This document shows positions 53,098-61,842 of a stretch of DNA of 64,000 nucleotides, piece by piece. The translations under genes were made by a program, and so were the position numbers. Under the pieces are notes generated by a model. That model saw only the letters and a list, made by a program, of their open reading frames with translations. It searched no databases and had not been told where the DNA came from. Within the stretch, counting starts at the first letter, position 1. Each line of letters opens with the position of its first letter. The DNA is from an uncultured Candidatus Saccharibacteria bacterium (lineage in GTDB: Bacteria; Patescibacteriota; Saccharimonadia; Saccharimonadales; JAUPVS01). Where the stretch lies: the NCBI GenBank assembly GCA_964627095.1, contig CAZVKH010000001.1, positions 86,337 to 150,336 on the forward strand. Direction: 5' to 3'.

Positions 53098-53766
53098 ATG
53101 TGGAAAGTTGATCAAATCTTACAGTTATTTGCCCCCTTTGACTGCCTGGGCTGTGGTCTCGAGGGCTCATTGGTTTGCATGTCTTGCCAGTATAATTGTA
53201 TTTCTCCCCTGCCCGACATCTGTTACGTCTGTCGAAAAACAACGCTGGGCGCGGTTTGCAAGGCTTGTTTAACTTCTAAAAACCTTGTCGCCATAGATGT
53301 CGCCAGCGCTTATAGTGGTTTATCGGTGCAAGTCATCGGCCGGCTCAAGTTTTCACGCACTCAAGCGGCCGCCCACATAGCGGCACTTATTATGAGCCGA
53401 CGTCTACCAAAAGACACTGAGGGTGTGGTTGTTCATGTACCAACGGCAACTGCTCGTGTTCGCCAGCGCGGCTACGACCAGGCCCAACTAATTGCCCGCG
53501 AGTTCGCTCGAGCGCGCGGTCTTCCCTACCAGCCACTGTTAAGACGACTTGGTAAAACCCGTCAAGTTGGCGCCAATCGACAGGAACGCTTGAAGCAGTT
53601 GCAGGCTGCCTATTACTGTCCGTGGCCGCAAAAGGTTGAGGGCAAATCTATAGTGCTGGTTGACGATGTCCTGACTACTGGAGCAACCATTGAAACGGCT
53701 GCCCAGGTGCTAATTAAGGCAGGCGCAACAGAGGTTAGAGCGGCAACATTTGCTCAAAAGGCATAA
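53098..53766 (+). CDS. comFC: ComF family protein (ComFC-type phosphoribosyltransferase-fold competence protein)
   Basis: The N-terminal four-Cys zinc finger is CLGCG..CMSC...CYVC..C. The C-terminal PRT motif is IVLVDDVLTTGATIETA. Confidence 0.85.
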   Translation: MWKVDQILQLFAPFDCLGCGLEGSLVCMSCQYNCISPLPDICYVCRKTTLGAVCKACLTSKNLVAIDVASAYSGLSVQVIGRLKFSRTQAAAHIAALIMSRRLPKDTEGVVVHVPTATARVRQRGYDQAQLIAREFARARGLPYQPLLRRLGKTRQVGANRQERLKQLQAAYYCPWPQKVEGKSIVLVDDVLTTGATIETAAQVLIKAGATEVRAATFAQKA

Positions 53767-53794
53767 AAATAGCCGCACTATTTTGTACGACTTT

Positions 53795-53886
<92 letters not shown>

Positions 53887-53903
53887 AAGGGAAACAATTT
53901 AAC

Positions 53904-53996
53904 TGGCGGAGGAGGAGGGATTCGAACCCTCGCTGGAACTTGCGCCCCACTAACGATTTAGCAAACCGTCCCCTTCAGCCACTTGGGTACTCCTCC
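53904..53996 (-). tRNA. tRNA-Ser (anticodon GCT), CCA encoded
   Basis: The reverse complement is GGAGGAGTACCCAAGTGGCTGAAGGGGACGGTTTGCTAAATCGTTAGTGGGGCGCAAGTTCCAGCGAGGGTTCGAATCCCTCCTCCTCCGCCA. The anticodon loop is TTGCTAA and the variable arm is long. Confidence 0.9.
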
Positions 53997-54089
53997 GTAC
54001 GTGAACATTGTGGTTTTACACAGGCTGAACAGGGAGATTATATCAGAGAGAGCGTTGCTTTTACAGTGGCAGACGAATACAATACGCTT

Positions 54090-54641
54090 ATGCATCCCGA
54101 CGCCGCCACCCAAAATGCCCCCGAGCCGGGTTGGGAATTTAAGCCAGGTGATAGCACGGCACCGCCAACAGATAAGACCAAAGAGTTATCAGTCAGCTGG
54201 ACTGCCTCGGAGTTTGTGTTGCACCAAAAAAATACTGGCTGGTACGCCGCCTGGGCATTGGGCAGCTCCGTCAGCGTAGCCGTCGTTTACTTTGTAACCA
54301 GAGAAATTTTTTCATCGGTTTTGGTTGCCGTCATTCTACTGGCTTTCGGTATTTATTCTGGTCGCAAGCCGCGCACGCTGCAGTATCAGGCTGACGGCGA
54401 GGGCATCCATATAGGCTCAAAAACCTATCCGTACAACGATTTTAAGTCGTTTGCGCTAATTGACGAGGGTGCTTTTAATTCGATTAGCCTGGTACCAATG
54501 AAGCGCTTTATGCCAGCTATTAGTATGTACTACGACCCAAGGGACGAAGAGCACGTCTTAACTGTAATTAGTGCTTACTTACCCTTCGAAGAGGGCAAAA
54601 AAGACGCCATCGACCGCCTGATGCACCGCATCCGCTTTTAG
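54090..54641 (+). CDS. two-TM membrane protein of unknown function (possible bacterial PH-like C-domain)
   Basis: I trimmed the track ORF (53808) to the ATG at 54090 because its first 94 codons run antisense through the two tRNA-Ser genes. The TM pair is WYAAWALGSSVSVAVVYFV / SSVLVAVILLAFGIY. Confidence 0.5.
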   Translation: MHPDAATQNAPEPGWEFKPGDSTAPPTDKTKELSVSWTASEFVLHQKNTGWYAAWALGSSVSVAVVYFVTREIFSSVLVAVILLAFGIYSGRKPRTLQYQADGEGIHIGSKTYPYNDFKSFALIDEGAFNSISLVPMKRFMPAISMYYDPRDEEHVLTVISAYLPFEEGKKDAIDRLMHRIRF

Positions 54642-54647
54642 GCGTAG

Positions 54648-55403
54648 TTACCAAATACTGTTAGGTGTTGCCGCGTCAGCTTGAGCTGGCGTTGCTTCTT
54701 GGGGTGGAGCGCCACCAACGTAACGGTATTTATAGGCCGACTCGACGCCTCGGTGCAAGGCGCGCAGAGACTCCTCCAGAGAAGCTTTATCCGATACAGG
54801 CACTTCTCCGCTTAGGGCATGGCGACTAATGCCGTCCAGTACTTCAATAACTTGGTGAGGGTCGGCGATGATATCGTGAATCCGATCGGCTGTCACACCC
54901 ATCTCGCCAAGTAAGCCGGTAAGCTCAGGGTTAGAAAGTATTTCAAGCAAGCCGGCCTCAACGCCCTCTGGGTATTGCTGGTCAGTGGTTTTTACGTGGT
55001 ACTCGGCTGCAGCATCGGCGAATTCTTGAGGTAAAAGCCATTCATCGGCAGCCCCACGTGAGCCTTCGTCGGTTTTAGCGATGCCATTGTGCTGTTCGGC
55101 TACTTCTACGGGGACATCCACAAAACGAGTGCGGGCAACCGCCAAGGTTTCTGGAGTGCGCTTGGCCACGTCGTGCTGGCGACTGGCTGCATAACCCTCG
55201 GCGGCGTTAGGGTTGTCGGTGAACCAACGACCGCCAATATCATGGTTGGTACTGCGTCCGACCATTTCTTCGGCGAACGGATTGCCGTTGGGGTCAACGA
55301 CATCACCACGGTATAGACGAACAAAACCCGCTTCAAGCGGTGGTAAAGCCTGCTCGGGCGAAAACTGCTGTTCCGGTTGCTGTAGTTGAGTTATTTCAGA
55401 CAT
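54648..55403 (-). CDS. acidic hypothetical protein
   Basis: The start is set at the ATG at 55403 (MSEITQLQQ). I recognise no confident domain. Confidence 0.5.
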   Translation of the reverse strand: MSEITQLQQPEQQFSPEQALPPLEAGFVRLYRGDVVDPNGNPFAEEMVGRSTNHDIGGRWFTDNPNAAEGYAASRQHDVAKRTPETLAVARTRFVDVPVEVAEQHNGIAKTDEGSRGAADEWLLPQEFADAAAEYHVKTTDQQYPEGVEAGLLEILSNPELTGLLGEMGVTADRIHDIIADPHQVIEVLDGISRHALSGEVPVSDKASLEESLRALHRGVESAYKYRYVGGAPPQEATPAQADAATPNSIW

Positions 55404-55479
55404 TTTTGTGTTTACTTTACGGAGTAATATTAGCACAAAAGTACCAAAAAGTCAATGCTTGGAGCTAGGGTAACTTCTT

Positions 55480-56664
55480 TTAGAAAGAACCTTTTGCAGT
55501 TTTAATTTGCGGTAGCTTTAGTATCCCCAAGACACCGAGTATTATTAGTGGTATCAGCATATAGGCGGCCACGAACACTGAATATTTAGTGGTAATCAGA
55601 CCGAATGCAAAAATCAAGGGGACGTACATAAGTGTTCGTAGCGTGCTGACAGCCGAAGAGCCGCCACTACGTAAATGCGACGGCAAGTTATCATGGAGTC
55701 TGCCGCTCAGCAGAACGACAAGTGCCGACAATATTGCCGTGGCACCCGCCTGTGCTATAACAACGAGCTTTAAATTAGAGATAGTAAGTAAGGAAACAAA
55801 GAGTACAGCTAAGACGCAACTTAGCATCAACAATGTCCTACTTTTGGCTAATTTAGTGGCGAATGGTGCGGCTAGTCCGTAAGCAAGTAGTAGTAAAGCA
55901 TTCAAAGGACCATAAAAGACTAAAGGCAACGCCAGTGCTAGCGGCCATAGTTGGTCAACTTGTAAAAAGAATTCCAGGACCACGCTAATCAAGACTACTG
56001 TGCTAATTAACAGGCTAAATTCATCCTTCTTAAGGAATATTTTCAAGGTATCTTTAATATGAGTAAGAATGTGGGTATCTGAGCTGTTTTTGTGCAACTG
56101 GGGCTCTTTAAATAGAAACAAACATATAATCGCGGCTACTGCGCCAGGTACGCTCATGAAATAGGGTGCTGCCAATCCAAACGCATTGGCCGCCACGCCG
56201 CCTAGTAGTGAACTAACAACCATGCCGGCCCCGGTTGATAAGGTTACGAAACCGTAGTACTTTTCGTAACCCTCACGACTACCGTTTTGTTCAAGCAATG
56301 TATCGTAAACAATCGAGTCGTATGTGCCAGAGCTGAGCGAATAGTGCAGCCCTACCAGAATACTAATTAGCGTATACCCTACAACGCTGTCTGATAGTCC
56401 TAGCAACAACGATGCTAAGCCCAGTGCAATACTGGAGACTATCAACACCCCTCGCCTGCTCCAGCGATCGGCTAAAATACCAAACGGTATTTCCGTCAAT
56501 AAGCCGGTGATGCTCAGGACGATTGAGGCTACAGCGATTGACGCAGCCGTAAAGCCAATATCTACCATAAAGACCTTATCGATCGCATACCAAAAGATTA
56601 AACCCTGCGAAAAACTGGCCAAATATAGTGGTAGCAAACGCCGTTGAATTTTGTTGCTTAACAT
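55480..56664 (-). CDS. MFS transporter
   Basis: 394 aa with 12 predicted TM helices. The loop 2-3 motif GILADRWSRRG matches the MFS signature G-x-x-x-D-R-x-G-R-R. Confidence 0.8.
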   Translation of the reverse strand: MLSNKIQRRLLPLYLASFSQGLIFWYAIDKVFMVDIGFTAASIAVASIVLSITGLLTEIPFGILADRWSRRGVLIVSSIALGLASLLLGLSDSVVGYTLISILVGLHYSLSSGTYDSIVYDTLLEQNGSREGYEKYYGFVTLSTGAGMVVSSLLGGVAANAFGLAAPYFMSVPGAVAAIICLFLFKEPQLHKNSSDTHILTHIKDTLKIFLKKDEFSLLISTVVLISVVLEFFLQVDQLWPLALALPLVFYGPLNALLLLAYGLAAPFATKLAKSRTLLMLSCVLAVLFVSLLTISNLKLVVIAQAGATAILSALVVLLSGRLHDNLPSHLRSGGSSAVSTLRTLMYVPLIFAFGLITTKYSVFVAAYMLIPLIILGVLGILKLPQIKTAKGSF

Positions 56665-56728
56665 ATGTAGAGAATACCACTAAGCCCAAGATCCAATTAA
56701 AAACCCCACTTACGTGAGGTGTTTAGTT

Positions 56729-56805
56729 TGGTGTACCCGACAGGATTCGAACCTACGACCTTCGGCTCCGCAAGCCGACGCTCTATCCAGCTGAGCTACG
56801 GGTAC
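56729..56805 (-). tRNA. tRNA-Arg (anticodon GCG), CCA encoded
   Basis: The reverse complement is GTACCCGTAGCTCAGCTGGATAGAGCGTCGGCTTGCGGAGCCGAAGGTCGTAGGTTCGAATCCTGTCGGGTACACCA. The D-arm is near-identical to E. coli tRNA-Arg(ACG). The anticodon stem TCGGC/GCCGA encloses the loop TTGCGGA, which puts G at position 34. Confidence 0.85.
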
Positions 56806-56884
56806 AAAATGTATGCAACAGAGGTAATCCTATCATATATTGTTATTTAACGCTAGAGGGGCTTATCTGTTAAAATAGCGGTAC

Positions 56885-56974
56885 GGAAGGGTGCAGGAGT
56901 GGTTGAACTGGCTTGTCTCGAAAACAAGTGTGCCAGCAATGGTACCGAGGGTTCGAATCCCTCCCCTTCCGCCA
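56885..56974 (+). tRNA. tRNA-Ser (anticodon CGA), CCA encoded
   Basis: The sequence is GGAAGGGTGCAGGAGTGGTTGAACTGGCTTGTCTCGAAAACAAGTGTGCCAGCAATGGTACCGAGGGTTCGAATCCCTCCCCTTCCGCCA. The anticodon loop is CTCGAAA. Its long variable arm is identical to that of the Ser(TGA) gene. Confidence 0.9.
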
Positions 56975-57016
56975 TCACATTGACTTTAGTAGTAACTTAT
57001 TGTAGAATAACCTCTT

Positions 57017-57745
57017 ATGATAGAGGTTGCAGCGCGCGACGGCGTGGTTTTAATGCCAAACCCCCACCAAGTCAGCTTGGAGCGCTTTGCTGAATTTACT
57101 CCTGAACAGCAGGTTGATATGCAGGGTGCCTATATGGCGTTACAGGCTTCGGCCGGCCGTTCTATGAGAGACACTGATGATGGGAGTAGTCTTGGAGTTA
57201 CCGACCACATGCCATTTTATAGACAGGTTGGGCTTGAACGCTTTGTAGACTCATTCAAAAACCTTCGCTATATTATGGGTGAAGACGAATTTTCTGGATT
57301 GCAGCCAACTTATCTAGCTGACACCGAACGAACGTTGTTAGACCCCTACTTTGATCATATGGCGAGGGGTGAATTGATTATTACTGACTGGCAAGATCAT
57401 GATGTTCGGGTGCACCTTATGGGCGCTTTGTTGGCTGAGCGCACACTCACGACAACCCTTGTTGAATCAGCTCGTACTGCACCTTCCCTACCCGTATTAA
57501 GCCAAGAGGCAGTTGCTGGGGCTCTAGATAATGCGACAGCTCAGGTGAATCGTCTTTGGCTTTATCCTGTTGAGCGAGATAGGCATATTTTTGACCTAGA
57601 GATAGCGCTTGATCGTCTTGATGTCTTGGCACTCCGAAGCACCCTAGCTTTAGATGGTGTTATGCGCGTAGCCCAGCAACAAGCTTACTTTATTGACGAC
57701 TTTGTCTCTAAAGACATCTTTGTTCCCACAAACCCCGTTCGCTAG
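57017..57745 (+). CDS. hypothetical protein
   Basis: A 242-aa ORF with coding-like composition. I recognise no domain. Confidence 0.5.
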   Translation: MIEVAARDGVVLMPNPHQVSLERFAEFTPEQQVDMQGAYMALQASAGRSMRDTDDGSSLGVTDHMPFYRQVGLERFVDSFKNLRYIMGEDEFSGLQPTYLADTERTLLDPYFDHMARGELIITDWQDHDVRVHLMGALLAERTLTTTLVESARTAPSLPVLSQEAVAGALDNATAQVNRLWLYPVERDRHIFDLEIALDRLDVLALRSTLALDGVMRVAQQQAYFIDDFVSKDIFVPTNPVR

Positions 57746-57769
57746 CCGACAAAATGGTATGCTGTAGGC

Positions 57770-58162
57770 ATGTCAGACAGCGTATTTACTAAGATTATCA
57801 AGGGCGAACTGCCCGCTCACAAAATTTTTGAAGACGAAAAAACCTTGGTTATTGTCCCGTTGCACCCCATCGCCAAGGGTCACTTATTGGTGATAGCCAA
57901 GACTCAGGTCGATGAATTTCAAGATCTGGCCGACAGCGACTACCAGGCTCTAATGAAAACTGTAAAAGTGATATCTCAACACATGAAGCAACGCCTACAG
58001 ACAAAACGGGTTGGCTTGCAGATTGTCGGCCTCGATGTTCCGCACGTGCATGTGCACGTCATTGCCTTTGATACCATCGAAGAATATCGCCATGTCGCCG
58101 ACCAGACTAGCCCACCCGACGAAGCCAAGATGGCCGAGTTGGCTCAAAAACTAGCGCTCTAG
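57770..58162 (+). CDS. HIT family protein (HinT-like nucleotide phosphoramidase)
   Basis: SVFTKIIKGELPAHKIFEDEKTLVI precedes the histidine triad VPHVHVHVI. Confidence 0.85.
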   Translation: MSDSVFTKIIKGELPAHKIFEDEKTLVIVPLHPIAKGHLLVIAKTQVDEFQDLADSDYQALMKTVKVISQHMKQRLQTKRVGLQIVGLDVPHVHVHVIAFDTIEEYRHVADQTSPPDEAKMAELAQKLAL

Positions 58163-58177
58163 GAGTACAATAGAGAC

Positions 58178-58348
58178 ATGTTTTTAATCTCTTTTATGTT
58201 GGCGGCTGGTATTGGTGGCTGGATTTACATGCATCTGATGCGTACTTCGGGCAACAATGTACGTTCGTCATTAACCGTCGCCGGAATCATCGCCCTACTA
58301 GTGTTCTTGGTTGTCTTCTTTTTGCTCGGGTCGCTCCTGCCCAGCTAA
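58178..58348 (+). CDS. possible small (56 aa) two-TM membrane protein
   Basis: Below the ORF-track cut-off. The sequence is MFLISFMLAAGIGGWIYMHLMRTSGNNVRSSLTVAGIIALLVFLVVFFLLGSLLPS. It fills an otherwise empty 250-nt gap. There is no homology evidence. Confidence 0.35.
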   Translation: MFLISFMLAAGIGGWIYMHLMRTSGNNVRSSLTVAGIIALLVFLVVFFLLGSLLPS

Positions 58349-58411
58349 ACTAGCCGTTTAATACCAATTTTATTCGCCACAACCACCCGATAACTGATAT
58401 GATATGGGTAT

Positions 58412-59266
58412 ATGAGTAATGGGGTGGACGAAAAAAGTCTGGGTTTACGTTTGCAAGCTGCCCGCAAGGCGGCTGGCTTAACACAGCAGGAGCTCTGTCA
58501 AAAGGCTCACCTGGCCTACTCGACATTAGCCAAGATTGAACGTGGCGCCATCAAAGCCCCGTCAATCTTTACCATCCAGAGCATCGCTGACACCGTTGGA
58601 CTGAGTTTAGACGAATTAATCGGCACAGGTGCACCAAGTAAGCCTAAACCAGCTAAAAAGACCGCTAAATCGGGCGTTCGCTTTGTCTATTTTGACGTTA
58701 ATGGTTGTCTGGTACGCTTTTTCCATCAGGCCTTTTCGCGCCTGGCACAAGAGACGGGTGTGCCGGTTGATCAGATAGAGACCACCTTTTGGCACTACAA
58801 CGATGCGGTTTGTCGGGGTGAGGTATCATTGGCTGAATTTAACCAAGCCTACGCCAAACGCCTCAAGCTACCCAGCTTAGACTGGCAAAAGTACTACTTA
58901 GATGCCGTTGAACCAATTACCGAAATGGAAGCCTTCCTGCCTTGGGCGGTCGAGCATTACGAGGTTGGCTTGCTCACCAACATCATGCCTGGGTTTATTG
59001 AGGCGCTGCAGGCTGCCGGTAAGGTGCCTACCCTTCCCTATCACTCTGTTATTGACTCCTCGCAGGTAAAAGCGATTAAGCCCGAGGCCAAGATATACCA
59101 GATTGCTCAAGACAGAGCTGGCGTTGCACCGCACGAAATTCTGTTTGTCGATGATAGCCGCAGCAATCTGATGGCGGCCGAAAAACTGGGCTGGCATGTA
59201 ATGTGGTTCGACGACTACCGACCAGCCCAAAGCGTTGCCCACATCAAAGAAGCCCTTAAGTTTTAA
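58412..59266 (+). CDS. fusion of an XRE-family helix-turn-helix domain and a HAD-like hydrolase domain
   Basis: The N-terminal LGLRLQAARKAAGLTQQELCQKAHLAYSTLAKIERG is an HTH_3/XRE domain. A Pro/Lys linker follows. The HAD-like motifs are FVYFDVNGCLV (motif I, with N in place of the second Asp), GLLTN, KPEAKIY and FVDDSRSNL. Confidence 0.7.
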   Translation: MSNGVDEKSLGLRLQAARKAAGLTQQELCQKAHLAYSTLAKIERGAIKAPSIFTIQSIADTVGLSLDELIGTGAPSKPKPAKKTAKSGVRFVYFDVNGCLVRFFHQAFSRLAQETGVPVDQIETTFWHYNDAVCRGEVSLAEFNQAYAKRLKLPSLDWQKYYLDAVEPITEMEAFLPWAVEHYEVGLLTNIMPGFIEALQAAGKVPTLPYHSVIDSSQVKAIKPEAKIYQIAQDRAGVAPHEILFVDDSRSNLMAAEKLGWHVMWFDDYRPAQSVAHIKEALKF

Positions 59267-61842
59267 CTAAAGCGTTGCTTTTGTTCCTGAATACCCTGTA
59301 GCAGGCGTTCGGCTTCGGCCAACTGTTCTTTGGTTTGCTTCACAATCGCCTCTGGGGCGTTGTTTACATATGACTTATTGCCAAGGCGTTTCTTGAGCTG
59401 CTGGACGCTGTTAGTTTGCTGGGTCTGCTGCTCGTCTAGTTCCTTTAGGTAGGCCTGGGCCTTTTCGGGCGTAACATTGAGCCAACATGGGTAGGCCGTT
59501 TGAATTAGTTTTACCCCCTGCCCGCCCGCTGCTTCGCTAACAGCGGTGATCTTGGCCAGTTTGGCAATCTGGGCGGCATGGTCGTTTAGGAAAGCTTCGC
59601 CACTGTGTTGCAGCTCTAGGTCGTTGGTTTTAAGGGCTCGAGCCATCGCCCGAACTTCAGTAACAATGGTTTTAATGGCCTCAAAGTCTTTAGCTTGTTT
59701 GGCGTCGGCCTTAACTGGCTCCGGCCAATCGCTGGTTGTTAGTAGGCTATCTGGCTGCCAGGCCAAAGTTTGCCAGATTGTTTCGGTCATAAATGGGGCG
59801 AACGGGTGGGTCAACTTGAGGATAGTTTCTAAAGAGTAAGCCAATACTGACGGGTTATGAGCTTCTTTTGACGCTTCAATATACCAATCAGCAAAGTCGT
59901 CCCACACTAAGTGATAGACCATATCGTAGGCTTCGGCCAGTCGGAAACTCTCTAAATAAGAACAAATCACCTCTGTAGACTGTTGTAACTTACTCAACAT
60001 CCAGTGATCGGCTGGTGTTTGTGGTTGCGGCACAGTACTTACTGCTTTGTCGCCAAGCTTGTCTTCTGTAAAGCGGGCCACATTCCAGAGTTTGTTGCAG
60101 AAGTTGCGGGCACCAATTACTTTTGTTTCGTCGTACGGCTGGTTGTTGCCAGCGGTTTGACCGGCAATAACGCCCATGCGGAAGGCATCCGAGCCGAACT
60201 CATCAACCTTAGTTATAGGGTCAATCACATTGCCCTTACTCTTGCTCATTTTGGCGCCGTGTTCGTCTAGCACCAGCCCGTGCAGATAGACATTCTTGAA
60301 GGGTACCTCACCAGTGATATATAGGCCGAACATGATCATACGGCCAACCCAGGGGTAAAGAATGTCGGCAGCAGTTTCCATGACGCTCAGGGGGTAGAAC
60401 TCTTTAAAATCGTCGCTATCGGGATAGTCTAGCGTGGCGTAGGGCCAGCTCGAACTACTGAACCAGGTGTCGAAAACATCGGGATCACGGCGGTAGGTCT
60501 TGCCTTCCACTACAATCAGTTCTTCTTTAACGCGATCGTCAAAGATCCAGTCATCTTCGTTGTCGATGTTCTGGAAGGCCGGGATGGGTATGCCCCAGGC
60601 GATCTGGCGGCTAATGTTCCAGTCGCGCAAACCCTGCAGGTAGCTGATTAGTTGAGTTCGTTTATTATCTGGGTAGAAAGTGATTTGCTTGTCTTCAAGC
60701 GCCTTGATGGCCGGCGCAACCAGAGGTTGCATATTGACGAACCATTGTTCGCGCAACAGCGGTTCAATAACCGTCCCACACTTGTAGCAATGACCGACAC
60801 TGTGGGTTACGGACTCGGTCTTTACTAGTAGTTTGGCGGTTTCTAGATCGGCTACTACCTTGTGGCGGGCGTCTGTGACTGGTAGCCCGCGGTAGGCTTC
60901 GGGTACATCGATCATCTTGCCTTCGTGGTCAATAACGGTGATCATCGGTAGGTCATGGCGCTGGGCAACGTCGTAGTCGTTGGGGTCGTGGGCTGGCGTG
61001 ATCTTAACGGCGCCGGTGCCATAACCCTGCTCTACCATGGCGTCAGCGACAATTGGGATTTCGCGTTTTGTCAGAGGTAGATGGATGGTTTTTCCAATAT
61101 ACTTGGCGTAGCGTTTGTCATCTGGATGAACAGCTACGGCGGTGTCGCCCAGCATGGTTTCTGGCCGTGTCGTAGCGACTACTACTTCCCCGCTACCATC
61201 AGTTAAGGGATAGCTAATATGCCACAGATGACCAGCATCTTCTTGATATGCCACCTCAATGTCGGCAAAGGCGGTGCCATGAAAGGTACAGAAGTTAACT
61301 AGGCGCTTCCCACGGTAAATTAGCTTGTCGTCCCACATCTGTTTAAAGGTGGCGTAGGCGCGGTCGACAATCTTTTGATCTAGTGTAAAGGTGAAGCGAC
61401 TCCAGTCGATGCCAGCACCTAATTTGCGGAACTGAGCCTCGTAGTTATCCCTGTTCTGGGCAACAAATTCGTAGATCTGGTCGTAGAGTTGTTCGCGGGT
61501 AAAGTCAAAGCGGCTCTTCCCTTCCTTGGCCAGGTGTTTTTCGTAAACAACTTGGGTTTCAAAGCCGGCGTGGTCGGCCCCTGGCAGAAGAAGGGCGTTA
61601 TAGCCTTTCATACGGTGATAACGTACCAAGATGTCTTCGATGGCATTAGTTAGGCCGTGGCCAATATGCAGGTTGCCGTTGGCATTAGGTGGCGGGACGA
61701 CAATACTAAAGCTAGGCTTGCCATTGCCGGTTTGCGGCGTAAAGGCATGACTCTTTTCCCAAAGAGCATAGATCGTTTCTTCGTACTGACCCGGTTCGTA
61801 GGCTTTTGATAACTTCACGTCAATTCCCTGTCCCTGCTTCAC
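59263..61842 (-). CDS. valS: valine--tRNA ligase
   Basis: It has PPPNANGNLHIGH (HIGH), KMSKSKGN (KMSKS), an editing domain and a C-terminal coiled coil. The track ORF is 859 aa with a GTG start. An alternative in-frame GTG lies at 61821. Confidence 0.95.
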   Translation of the reverse strand: MKQGQGIDVKLSKAYEPGQYEETIYALWEKSHAFTPQTGNGKPSFSIVVPPPNANGNLHIGHGLTNAIEDILVRYHRMKGYNALLLPGADHAGFETQVVYEKHLAKEGKSRFDFTREQLYDQIYEFVAQNRDNYEAQFRKLGAGIDWSRFTFTLDQKIVDRAYATFKQMWDDKLIYRGKRLVNFCTFHGTAFADIEVAYQEDAGHLWHISYPLTDGSGEVVVATTRPETMLGDTAVAVHPDDKRYAKYIGKTIHLPLTKREIPIVADAMVEQGYGTGAVKITPAHDPNDYDVAQRHDLPMITVIDHEGKMIDVPEAYRGLPVTDARHKVVADLETAKLLVKTESVTHSVGHCYKCGTVIEPLLREQWFVNMQPLVAPAIKALEDKQITFYPDNKRTQLISYLQGLRDWNISRQIAWGIPIPAFQNIDNEDDWIFDDRVKEELIVVEGKTYRRDPDVFDTWFSSSSWPYATLDYPDSDDFKEFYPLSVMETAADILYPWVGRMIMFGLYITGEVPFKNVYLHGLVLDEHGAKMSKSKGNVIDPITKVDEFGSDAFRMGVIAGQTAGNNQPYDETKVIGARNFCNKLWNVARFTEDKLGDKAVSTVPQPQTPADHWMLSKLQQSTEVICSYLESFRLAEAYDMVYHLVWDDFADWYIEASKEAHNPSVLAYSLETILKLTHPFAPFMTETIWQTLAWQPDSLLTTSDWPEPVKADAKQAKDFEAIKTIVTEVRAMARALKTNDLELQHSGEAFLNDHAAQIAKLAKITAVSEAAGGQGVKLIQTAYPCWLNVTPEKAQAYLKELDEQQTQQTNSVQQLKKRLGNKSYVNNAPEAIVKQTKEQLAEAERLLQGIQEQKQRFS

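Noticed and set aside
54648-55403. A possible ADP-ribosyltransferase toxin, based on FVRLYRG resembling the aromatic-Arg 'region 1' of cholera- and pertussis-type ARTs.
   Set aside because: No convincing S-T-S (region 2) or E-x-E (region 3) motif follows at the expected spacing, and there is no adjacent antitoxin or immunity candidate. One tetrapeptide resemblance is not evidence.
56899-57093. A 64-aa ORF on the plus strand.
   Set aside because: It starts inside tRNA-Ser(CGA) (56885-56974) and overlaps the better-supported 57017-57745 ORF in another frame.
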